Assembly: GCF_018350175.1 (NCBI RefSeq)
Contig: NC_058368.1
Span: 148,120,001 to 148,184,000 of the forward strand
Direction: 5' to 3'
Source: Felis catus
Lineage: Eukaryota
Length of the DNA: 64,000 nt
The notes beneath the pieces are model-generated. The model worked only from the letters and a program-made list of their open reading frames with translations. It did no database searches and had not been told where the DNA came from. Positions 35,701-47,239 of this stretch are shown piece after piece. Position numbers and translations under genes: made by a program. How positions within the stretch are numbered: the first letter of the stretch is position 1; each line of letters opens with the position of its first letter.

Positions 35701-37451
35701 TACTGAAACAAAACAAAACCACAAATAACATTTTTTACTTATCCTTGTTGTGGCCTTTAGCCTGCATTGAAGAAAAAGGGCAGGGTTTTCTGCTGTATTC
35801 TAGGGTCTTCTCACATTTAGGTGTCTCAAATTACCAACAGGGCAAAAGGTTTAATAAAATACCATTAGTGTTTGTTACCATTTGTTCCTTGAAACATATT
35901 AAAAAATCCTTCTATAAATGTCATTAGTTACAATTATTTGTGTAAAATTTTCTTAGCTGGAAAGAACAGTTGATGTTTAAATGGAAAAACACCCTATTTC
36001 TGTTATATTTTAGAAATATTATAAGACATATTTCACAGCATGATGCATATTTTAGTATTCTGTCATTTTGTATGGTTGCTACTTTAAGAAAAAAAAGACT
36101 CACATGAGATTTTATTTACTGGTTATACTTCAACCCTCCTAGTATTATAAAATGTTTGTAACAATTGGCTTAAAGTTGAAAATAATAAGTTTATTAATTC
36201 TATAGAGAATTCCTTTACAATAAGTATAATTCATTATTAAGATATTCTGTGGATGAGTAGGTTTTATTTGCCTGGGGTGATATATTTCTAATGCTTTCTC
36301 TCATGAACAAATCTCTAAAGATTTCAAGGTGTTATTATATAAAAATAAAATAGATGGGTTACAACAATGGCAGAATTCAATGTGTCAGAGATATTTTTAG
36401 TGCCTGGAGCACACAAAATTCAAAATTGTACAAGATCAGTTCTAGTTGCAATAATAATAATAATAATAATAATCATTATCTGTGGCTTTTTTTTTTCCTG
36501 AATCCATGAGTCACTTCAATAGGTTGGGTAGAAAGATGGAACAGTAGACATTTTTATAAAAGTTCTGCCACTTAGTGAGAGGTCAGTTATATTGCACAGA
36601 ACGACTTTCACTGGACCTGCTGCAAAATGAACATTACAAAATCTCCCTTCTGACTGGCCCACTTATCTTCTCACCTTTAGGAAAGAATTTTGTGTTATAG
36701 TCCTCTTCCCACATTAAAAAAAGCAGCCCCTTATTGACAGTATTTTAAATGAATAAGGTATTGCCTTTTTCGCATGGGGGGAGTAGGGGTGGAAGTACTT
36801 TCCTCAATGTCAAAATCAAAACATACATTTCAGCAACATTAAAAGTCTCAAGGTTAGAGCCCTGGAAAAATGCTGTGACTCTCCCACCTTTGACGACTCT
36901 TTGTCCTTCCCTTCTTCCCTTTGTCAGATGATGGATTCGAGAGGTGCTGTGAGAATGGAAGGGGAAAATTATCTCTCTGAGCTCAAAGTGTGATTTAAGC
37001 TACTGCTCTCCATACTTCCAAAAAGTTCTCAAATAGTTAAGAAAAAGTGTGGTCTCCATTGAAGATACAGAAATGCAAGTTATAGGTTTGTTCTTGATTT
37101 CTACAGAAAGAGAAGTGCATTTTCTTTTTGTGTTAAGATATTGTGTGGATTATAAATTATCTTATAATCTAAATTAACCTGTTTTAGATTAGATTATTTA
37201 TAATCTAAATAAGCCTGTTTTTCAAATATATAAGGGTTGTTTATTCAGAAACATGTTATTTACCATATATTTATGACTTCTAATATCTAGTACTGTGTGC
37301 AAATATATATTATCAATATATTTGTTTGAACTCGTTTGCATATATAAATATGATGTATACATAGCAAACATTTTATTGCTACATTTGAAGTTTCTCTGAA
37401 GTTATTTATCAAAAAATCCAGCAGATGTTTTTTTAATCCTTTCTTGGAAAA

Positions 37452-37895
37452 TGATATGGCTGAAAGGAAAACTCCCAAATTCATATATTGAAGCTCTAAC
37501 TCAAAAATGTGACTATATCTGGAGACAGAACCTTTAGGTATCAGATACGGTTAAATGAGTAACAATTCATAATAATATTATAATGAATAATAATAATTAA
37601 GGTTAAATAAAGGTGGGACCCTCTTTGTCCCCTTCTCCCTGTCTCCCTCCCTTTCTCTTAGTCTCCCTCTCCCTTCCTTTTCTCTTCTTCCCTCCCCTCT
37701 CCTTCACCCCACAAAGAAAAAGCCTTGTGATAACACAGCAATGACAGCTGACTGCAAGCCTGGAAGAGAGCTCTCACCAGGAACTGAAATCAGCCAGCAC
37801 CTTGATCTGGGACTTGAGTCCTCCAGAATCGGTTCCGCGTATTATACCACCCAGCCAATGATATTTTGTTACGGCAGCCCACGTTCACTAATACA
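37452..37895 (+). mobile_element. MLT1A/B-like MaLR solo LTR
   Basis: TG...CA ends, CCCAAATTCATATATTGAAG, CAGCACCTTGATCTGGGACTT, ATTTTGTTACGGCAGCCC..CTAATACA; 5-bp TSD GAAAA/GAACA. Confidence 0.85.
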
Positions 37896-38169
37896 GAACA
37901 TAAGCAAAAAAGAATAATCTGGAAGGTAGTACAGACAAGATATTCTTTCTGCTATTTTTACATAAAGATGCAAAACCTGGAAAAAGAAATAAAGTGTGGG
38001 AAAACTTATATTTTGTTAATACCACGTCCTATGCTTTGTTTCTTACCTCTAATCAAGAATTTTAAATCTGAATCTAAGTTTTATGTTTATTTTTCTTCTT
38101 AAAAATGTTGTGTTTTAATTACTGAATTCAGCAGTTTATATATGTATATGATGTATATGTATATACACA

Positions 38170-38208
38170 TTAAACACATTTTATTTTAAAAAATGTTTTT
38201 ATGTGTTT

Positions 38209-38270
<62 letters not shown>

Positions 38271-38492
38271 CAGGGAGGGGCAGAGAGAGAGGGAGAGAGA
38301 GAATCCCAAGCAGGGCCTGCATTGCTAGTGCAGAGTCTGACATGGGGACTGGGTCAAACCCACAGACCACGTCCGACATGGGTCAAACCCACAGACCACG
38401 TCCGACATGGGTCAAACCCACAGACCACGAGATCATTATCTGGGCTGAAATCAAGAGCCAGACGCTCAACTGGTCAGCCACCCATGCACCAC
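38170..38492 (-). mobile_element. Can-SINE with long (GA)n and an internal 29-bp tandem repeat
   Basis: 12-bp TSD TGTATATACACA (38158-38169, 38493-38504). Confidence 0.92.
38350..38429. repeat. Perfect 29-bp minisatellite (2.76 copies) TGGGTCAAACCCACAGACCACGTCCGACA
   Basis: Units at 38350-38378, 38379-38407 and partial 38408-38429 are identical. Confidence 0.95.
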
Positions 38493-40437
38493 TGTATATA
38501 CACACTTTAATCACCTACTTTCTAGTTTAAAAAAAAAAAGTCAAGAATACAGGGAAAGATATCCATATTTTCTCTAGTAAGATAATGCATATTAGAAATA
38601 TAAATATATTGATTCTAAAAGGTGAGTTAACATTTGAACAGAAGTTCTACTCATTTCTTTCATCACCCTAAGAGTTATCTTACACATCGCATATCGTAGG
38701 GTGTATACATCCTATCCAAGACCACTGCACTACATGTGAATCATTAAAACATAAGAAAGTCATATTTCACATTCTACGCCTCTTCTGCAAACAATTAAAT
38801 AATTTTAGTATTGTGTAGGGTACACAAGATATAAGAATTGATCCTCAATAATACTCTTTCCTTTTTCCTTCCAAGAATTGTCTCCCCACCCATGACTGTT
38901 CTCAGAATTTGTCAAAGTTCATATATTTTTACCTTTGGAATTGAATACTGTCAACCCAAGAAAACCTGTGTACATAATGTCATGTACAGCTTGAAAATTT
39001 AAAGTTGTTTGGAATTATGTTCCGGAGCCCCTTTTTCTTTATGTAGTTAATGCAGCCTGTGCAACTTTATCACAGAGACACAAATCTTCATCGGGTCGCT
39101 AGAAAAAGAGAACAACGAGACCAATGGGTGCGTGGCATCTAAATACTCACCATAGGAAGCATTCACCAAACTAGCAATAAATAATCTCTTTTAAGTTTTA
39201 GAAATAAGACGTAATAATAAATACTTACAGGAGCACTGGATTTATTATTTTGCTCCTGGTAACAGCTTGCCCACTGAATCAAATGATATGATCTTATATT
39301 ATTTAGATTTAAAAAAATTAAAGAGCAATCAATTCATTACTCACATTTCTTTGAAACTGAACATGTTACCATGTGCTGTGTATTTGAATTCTGGCCCTCA
39401 AACTTTTGTGCTGAATCATATCATAAATCAGAACACCCCCACTATTTTTATGAGTTTTATGGCAATAAATGATGTTATAGAGAATTTATGAGGGCAAAAT
39501 CTCCACTAACTACATAGTTATTGCCTTTCCAAAGGAATAAATCCTGGTTACCTGAGACCAGAAGTATGAAGCTCTTGACACCAAAGAATTCATAACTGAC
39601 GGGCACAGTCTGAAGGTCTTAATCATGGGGGGATGTTTTCTGGGTTGTAAAATGTACAAATTGGCCAGAGAAGGAAGATTAATAGAGCTCCTCAAGTGGT
39701 CAAGCCAAATACACCCCTGGCTGGGTATGCACTACCTCAGGAATGGATTTGGATCCTCTTCTTACTGAATAAACAGTGGTGTTCAGGCTCCTTACACAAT
39801 CTCTCTTTTATTTTACATATTCATTTGCTTAACTGGCAACCAACAAGTTAGTTGGCATTAAGCACTGTAAAAGTATATTAAAATATCTTATGTTTACTTA
39901 TACCCACATGCACAAACACTTATACAAACACATTTACAGATGTGTTTATAAAACACATTTCTAACAACACACAGTTGTATGTGTGGCATCTAAATAAACA
40001 TTTATACTCAGGAAGAGGGCAGTGTTTTCCTTCTGCTATTCCACCAATTTGAGTGAATTCATAAATTTATGGAATTCTATGTTCTGGTTTTGTTGAAATC
40101 TTTTGAACGTGCAGTAGTTAAGAGGCTTTGCTACCCAAATATAGAGATATATAAACGTGTAATCTGAAAAAGCACAATTTACTCAGCTGAATTAACACAG
40201 GTAGAGGCTGATATAAATTTTAACGTATAATTGCAGAATGGGTCAGTTTTAACTTTATTTAGCCACATGCTAAAAAGCTTACAGTTTTATTCATCCCTCT
40301 CGGCCTGAGTTTCATAAATATTGATTCCATGTGGAGCACTGGTTTCATTTTTTACAATATGGAATAATAATCTTAGACATGACTAAGTTGAAAGTATGTT
40401 GGAAATGCATTTTTAAAATATTCTGAAACTTATTTTT

Positions 40438-40658
40438 TTTTATTAAATTTTTTTTCAACGTTTATTTATTTTTGGGACAGAGAGAGACAGAGCATGAACA
40501 GGGGAGGGGCAGAGAGAGAGGGAGACACAGAATGGGAAACAGGCTCCAGGCTCTGAGCCATCAGCCCAGAGCCTGACACGGGGCTCGAACTCCCGGACCG
40601 CGAGATCATGACCTGGCTGAAGTCGGACGCTTAACCGACTGCGCCACCCAGGCGCCCC
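40438..40658 (-). mobile_element. Can-SINE, young felid subfamily
   Basis: 14-bp TSD TGAAACTTATTTTT (40424-40437, 40659-40672); canonical TT/AAAA L1 endonuclease site. Confidence 0.96.
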
Positions 40659-41039
40659 TGAAACTTATTTTTAAATAATAAATATTATGTACATGCAAAG
40701 AAATATGTATCATCTTTCTACCATATCTCTCTGCCATTCAGAACACCCCTTTCCACTGACAGATTTTTGTGTGTGCTTGCAGATTTTCACAGACAATCCA
40801 TGCATATTCTACTATATACACAAAGATAATACATTTTTACTCAAATGATAACAAAGTATGTATACAAAGGGTAACAGAGTATACTTACTGTTCCAAATCC
40901 TGCCTTTTTAATTCACAGTTTTACTTCCATTTTAGAGCTTATTCTTATGAAACATATGAAATTGGAACATTTTTTAATGGCTACTGGTATTATGTTTAAT
41001 AAATACTCCGTTATTACTAAAGTCATTTGATGATTTTAA

Positions 41040-41261
41040 AAATTCTTTTAAATTAAAAAAAATTTTTTTTTGAGAGAGAGAGAGAGAGAGAGAGAGCAAG
41101 CAGGAGAATGACAGAGAGAAAGAGGGGGACACAAACCGAAGAAGGCTCCAGGCTCTGGGCTGTCAGCACAGAGCCTGACGCAGGGTTCAAACCCATGAAC
41201 AGTGAGATCACGACCTGAGCTGAAGTCGGAGGCTTGACTGACTGAGCCACCCAGGAGCCCC
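41040..41261 (-). mobile_element. Can-SINE
   Basis: Full body; diverged TSD AAGTCATTTGATGATTTTAA / AAGTCACTTGATATTTTAA. Confidence 0.93.
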
Positions 41262-43068
41262 AAGTCACTTGATATTTTAACTTTAGATCATTATGAGGGT
41301 TTCGTAAGTACTGACAATGCAGTTTACATGCTCATTTCATGAATATAAAAAATTTTCTAAACGTAGATCATAGGGGAAGTTATATTCTTAACTTTGTTAG
41401 ACATTGCCAAATTGTTTCTTATAGTTTGACTCAATTTACAGACTGGTTGCTTGATTATATGTATAGGTGCCAATTTTTCCATACTCTCAGTACTTGAGTT
41501 TTGTTAATTTAACACTGAATTGCTTGGAATCATGTCATAGTTTTCTATACCACTGTAGCTGTAAATTATAGAACATTCCAGTGAATTTTAAGTGTGTCCT
41601 TTTTGGGATGTAAGTAGACTATCTCTATAATTTTAGTCCGTAATTATATCATTCCATAATTTAACCCTTTTGTACCTATCTCTCAAACTAGTGTAGTTAT
41701 TTTTTGTTTTATTTTGTTTTTATTTTTGACCAGTGTTTATAGAAGCATATTTTATATTTACATCCTTAAAACTAAGTATAACATTAAAAGGTTATATGAG
41801 TGAACAGTCCAAATTTAATTGGTTGAACATCAATATCGGGAATCTAATGTATAGATATCAGAAGTATGTAAAAATTATTAATAAATATATTGAGCAATCC
41901 TGAATATTGCTGGTGTTAATAGAGACATAATAGTGTTAGAGTCAGTTTAAAGATTTCTCTTCCATTGTCAGATTGTTCTGAGCATTTTATATAATGTGTT
42001 TCACATTTGCTTTTTTAGATTTTCCTGATTTTACAACAAATCCTTTGTAAAGAAGATTTTTAGAAAGGAATTTATGGCAAATGAAGGACAACAAATAAAG
42101 AGCAAAGAAATATGTTACGCATGCAAAGTGTTTGTTTACAAACAAGAATATTAACTGTTTAGTGGTTAGGAAACAATGTTTAAAGCGGTTTACAAATTAA
42201 TGTGATGGTGGCTTGGTGCTTATTTGCAGTTATTTTATTATGTTTTATTTAATTGGGAATTTGGAGTTTACATTTATTATAATTCATTCCATTTGGGAAG
42301 AACTTGTGATTTTTCAGGAACATATCATCAGCTTTAAGTGGATGAACACTCATAAATAGGTACAGAGCATATAAGTGGTTACTGCTTTGAGAGCCAAACT
42401 CAGGGACAGGGGGCAGTAGTTCCACACCTTTAAACAATTACGCTCGCAGACTTAGAACAAATCATGCTGGTCTTAGTAAATATGGTCTGAATAGGTCTTG
42501 GAAATAGAGTATTATCAAATTCCTCCAAACGTTTTCCAAGTCTCTCTCAAATAAACCAGCTATCGGTGTCTATGATGTGTGTTAATAGCATATCTAACAT
42601 TAATTTCTGTGATTTCATAGCAAAACAACTATGTGATTGGTGGATAGTTTTCAACAGACACAGTAAAAATGGAAAATTTCTTTCATGCAACAGGATACAG
42701 ACTTACCAAGAGAGTAACACAAGGCAAGAGAATAGAGAAACTCAGGTCCCCAAAAGTTGCAGAGTTGATGACAATGCTATGCTCATAATGATCAACAAGA
42801 TTGCTTCACCATTCTCAAAGGCATTTCCATATTACCCTGTTCTTTGCCCCCACCCTATCTCCCAGCTAGTGCATATGTGTGTGCGCGTGTATGTGTATGC
42901 TCTATTTTGTGTGACTTTGTGGCAAATAACTGGTGTAAAACGTCTTCAGCACATTGCTGAGTATTTACTATAACCAAATTCAGTTCATGAAGAAATCTAA
43001 TACAGGGCAAATACTCACAGATCAATAATCTTAAATACATTGGCATAAGTACCTTTTGACATGCTGGA

Positions 43069-43103
43069 TAACAAACAAACAAACAAACAAACAAACAAAC
43101 AAA
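43069..43103. repeat. (AAAC)n microsatellite
   Basis: Directly visible. Confidence 0.93.
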
Positions 43104-43700
43104 ACTGTTATTTTTTAATGGGATGAGATAATGTATTTGAATATTAATAAATACTTTGCTACTGGTATTTTTAAAGGCCCATAATCCATCATCCTTCTCA
43201 GAAGATTATTGTGCACTTTATGCTCATTGCCCCAAGTAAGAAACGGATCGAGAAAACAAGACAGGCAAGAAATTATTCCCTTAATGATTTTAGAATTCCA
43301 AAGTGTAATTTTTAAATTAAAAACAAAGGAAATAATTTATGTTCAGATACACATATTTGATTCAATGCCAATGTTACATTCCGAGAGCTTGTTTCCCCTT
43401 GGATTGGAAAGGGTTTTCTGGATTAAGGAAGTGGGCCAGGAAAATATTCAATGGGTCCCTGAGAAAAAGACAGACAGATAGAATGCTGTGTCCTATAGCT
43501 TCTACCCAAGACTTCGGGAATGGGGAGGGAGGTTAAATATTTTAGATAGATTTTTCAATCTCTCAGAGATTCAATCTCTGGCTTCTCTGAGAGCAGGGAG
43601 GCCAAGTCTCTTCACAGGTAGAGTCTGGGAAAAAAGCAAGGTCCTTTGAATTGCCTAACATTATCATCTAGTGCAGAGGTCTAGAAAACATTGTGTGTAG

Positions 43701-43704
<4 letters not shown>

Positions 43705-43737
<33 letters not shown>

Positions 43738-43761
43738 ATTTCATATATATGTACATATATA

Positions 43762-43792
<31 letters not shown>

Positions 43793-43813
43793 GCACATAT
43801 ATGCACATATATG

Positions 43814-43855
<42 letters not shown>

Positions 43856-43860
43856 TACAT
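43705..43860. repeat. Compound (TA)n/(TG)n/(TATGCACATA)n microsatellite
   Basis: Directly visible. Confidence 0.93.
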
Positions 43861-43867
43861 GAAGAGA

Positions 43868-44104
43868 GGAGTGTCTGGGTGGGTGACTTGGTTAAGCATC
43901 CGGCTCTTGATATCCATCAGGTCATGATCTCACAGTTTGTGAGACTGAGCCCTGAGTTGGGCTCTCTGTTGACTGCTCAGAGCCTGCTGGTGATTCTCTC
44001 TCTCTCTCTCTCTCTGCCCCTCCCTTGTATGCATGCACATGCATGTTCCCTCTCTCTCTGTCTCTCAATCTCAAAATAGACAAACAAAAAAACATTAAAA
44101 AAAA
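43868..44104 (+). mobile_element. Can-SINE (older)
   Basis: CTGGGTGG..GGTTAAGCATCCGGCTCTTG head, GGTCATGATCTC, CT tract, A tail. Confidence 0.9.
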
Positions 44105-44325
44105 GAGAGAGACAAACCAATAAACAGACTCTTAACTATTGGGAACAAACAGTTGGTTATCAGAGAGGAGGTGAGTGGGGGAATGGATGAAATACATGAG
44201 AGAGATTAAGAATACATTTATCATAATGAGCACTGAGTAGTGTATGGAATTGTGGAATCACTATATTGTACACCTGGAACTAATAAAACACTGTTAACTA
44301 TACTGGAATTAAAATTAAAAAAGGT
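44105..44325 (+). mobile_element. Carnivore L1 3'UTR fragment
   Basis: AAACAGACTCTTAACTAT...ATGAGCACTGAGTAGTGTATGGAATTGTGGAATCACTATATTGTACACCTG...CTGGAATTAAAA; same type as 28720-28920. Confidence 0.85.
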
Positions 44326-45116
44326 TAATGAAAAGGTTAAATCAAGGCAACAAGTCTTGCATATCTGAATTTACAGATTTAAGTTAGAAAGAGAGTATTT
44401 TACAACACATGAAAAACAGATTAACAACTAAACATTTCATAAAGATACATGGTAATTTCCAACTAAACACATTCTTCATTTGAATGTAGTATGAACAAAA
44501 TGGCTTTTGAAGAATTAGTCTTTTCTGCAACAACAGTAATCAAGATTATCCATACCAAAGGACACTCAATAATAAATGTCCTTGTTTGGCTTATACAATG
44601 ACTTGCTTACCATAGAGGACATAATGTAGGAAATTAACTATGATCTGCGTTGTGAAAATACAGCTTCACTCCTTAAGTAATGTGGCTGCGTATGCATCAT
44701 AAATAGGTGCTTATCAACATGATTTAACAAATTCTAATAGGGTAAAATGAGATAAAGAATCACCACATCTTATAACAGTCTTCTCAGAATATTCAACCTC
44801 ATTTACTCTTTCTAATTTTAAAGGGAGGCTTTTCAAGGGACCCTCAAAAGCAAAAATATACTGGAAAGAAATTCTAACAACCTCAATAATCCAAGGGAAG
44901 TGTTTATTTCTCTGTCAGAATGTTGAAATAAAGCAAGATGTGCATATATGACTAATATGTTTTGGAATTTTACTGTTTTTAAAATCTTCCAAAGTCCACA
45001 TGGAAATATGTTTTTGAAAAAAATATTAAACTATTAATTAAAAAGCAGTTAATAATTACTATTGGAGTGGTATTTGGACTTATAATAAGTAATATTTGCA
45101 TTAAAGTTATTGCCTA

Positions 45117-45287
45117 GGGGCACCTGGGTGGCTCAGTTGGTTAAGCTTTTGGCTCTTGATTTTGGCTCAGGGCATCATGATCTCTCAGTTCATGAGATCT
45201 AGCCCTGCATAGGGCTCTTTGCGGGCAGAGCCTTGTTGGGATTCTTTCTTTCCCTCTCTCTCTCTGCCCCTGCCCTTCTTGTGCTTG

Positions 45288-45341
<54 letters not shown>

Positions 45342-45365
45342 ATAAATGAATAAACATTAAAAAAA
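45117..45365 (+). mobile_element. Can-SINE with expanded (CT)n
   Basis: GGGGCACCTGGGTGGCTCAG head; (CT)n about 45291-45338. Confidence 0.93.
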
Positions 45366-46713
45366 GTTGCCTAAAACAATAAGTGACATTTATGACATTT
45401 ATACATGCCTTTATTTTTATTTTGTTCTTAATTCATTGAAGAAGATTCTCAAGAAGGAATTGATTTGAGACTGTTATCTGAAATCTCAATGATAACCTAC
45501 ACGGAGAAAGTTATGCAAGTACAAATATCCTATCAGATAGCATCAATGTTATATAGTTGAAGACATAGAAACCTATGATTTAAAGATGACAGTATATCAT
45601 TTTTTTGCTTCTACTTGCATCTTTTCATATAATATTTTTCAAATTGTAGAGCTATAAGAAATAACCACTGTGTAGGTCAAGGTTATATTCCCAGAAATTG
45701 AATCACTTCTAACTGAAACATGACATATAATATGAATGAAATTGTCTTGGGGTCACAGTTCATGAACTGTATACTTTCCTTATGTCTACAAGTGGAAGGA
45801 AACTAATTTTTTTTTTTCTGAGCTTTGCCTAAAGGAGAAGCACAGATTTTTTAACACCTCATTTCAGCAAAACATCAATGACTGACATTTTTGTCCTAAA
45901 ATATAGATTTGTTTTCCCTCACATACAGACCTCTTAGCATTTTAACGATAAATAGTATTTGCATTAACTCTGATCTTGAAAATCAGTAAATGCAGCCTTA
46001 GAATATTAAATGTAGATTTACTTCAAATATATTTTACATTTATTATTAATTAATTTTACCTTTTTAAAGGAAGAATTACCTCAAGATGAAAGATTGGCTT
46101 AAGCAGTATTCGTCCTCTTTTGTAGACTAAATATTTTTAGAAAAGCATATTTAGAATTGTGAAATAAAGAAGATTATCTCTTCATATTGTTGCTAAAGCC
46201 TTTAAATGAAAATCCTGACATCAATCATTGATAAGAACAAAGGACCAACATAATACATGCATATATCTGAACTGTAATGAAAATGATTACAATTTTTGTT
46301 CAATTTAGTAATATGAATTCTATAGTTAATCTTATATGTGGGAAAAAAGTAATGTAAAAGGTTTCATACTATAACAAGGAGTTATTAAGCATAAATTTTC
46401 TTAGAAAATAATGAACTATAAAGCACATTTTAAAAATCCTCAGAATAACTTACAAAATAAATCTCTAGTACTTATTAAGTTACATTAATTTAATTTAAAT
46501 AATACATTATTTTTTAAATAATAAATTCACTTATAAAATATAAATGTCTTTATATTTATATTGCATCTTGTAAGATAAATTAAAATATAGCATATTCAGA
46601 GTTTTAGAAACTTATATTTGGGCCAAACATCTTAATAGCAAATGCAAAACATATTCCTTTTTATTAAAAATTTAACATATAGAATCTAAACATATTTTCA
46701 TCACATAAATTTT

Positions 46714-46910
46714 TTTAAGTTTATTTATTTATTTATTTTGAAAGAGAGAGTGTGTGAGTGGGGGAGAGACCGAGAGAGAGAGAATCGCAAGCAGGTTCCT
46801 CACTGACAGTGTAGAGCCCAATATGGGGCTAGAACTCACAATCCTGAGATCCTGACCTGAGCCGAAATCAAGAGTGTGACGTTTAATGGACTGAGCCACC
46901 CTGGTTCCCC
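46714..46910 (-). mobile_element. Can-SINE (older)
   Basis: TSD CATCACATAAATTTT / CATCACATTAATTTT. Confidence 0.9.
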
Positions 46911-47017
46911 TGCATCACATTAATTTTATAGTTTGTTATATAAATAGAGGAATATTTTATTCATATCCACTCTCTAAAAAGTTGTTGTCTAAATGTTATA
47001 TTTAAAAATACAAATTA

Positions 47018-47239
47018 GGGGCGCCTGGGTGGCGCAGTCAGTTAAGCGTCCGACTTCAGCTAGGTCACGATCTCGCGGTCCGTGAGTTCGAGCCCCGCGT
47101 CGGGCTCTGGGCTGATGGCTCAGAGCCTGGAGCCTGTTTCTGATTCTGTGTCTCCCTCTCTCTCTGCCCCTCCCCCGTTCATGCTCTGTCTCTCTCTGTC
47201 CCAAAAATAAATAAACGCTGAAAAAATAAATAAATAAAT
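47018..47239 (+). mobile_element. Can-SINE, young felid subfamily
   Basis: 14-bp TSD AAAAATACAAATTA (47004-47017, 47240-47253); TT/AAAA site. Confidence 0.96.

Noticed and set aside
38350..38429. 29-bp repeat as a CRISPR array
   Set aside because: Units are head-to-tail with no spacers, lie inside a SINE, and there are no cas genes; the DNA is mammalian.
39228..39258. Hairpin CAGGAGCA...TGCTCCTG
   Set aside because: An 8-bp stem with a 15-nt loop is expected by chance in 64 kb and is too short for a pre-miRNA.
39132..39996. Exact 14-mer GTGGCATCTAAATA repeated 851 bp apart as a possible TSD
   Set aside because: No poly(A) tail or element body is evident between the copies; a chance match is plausible.
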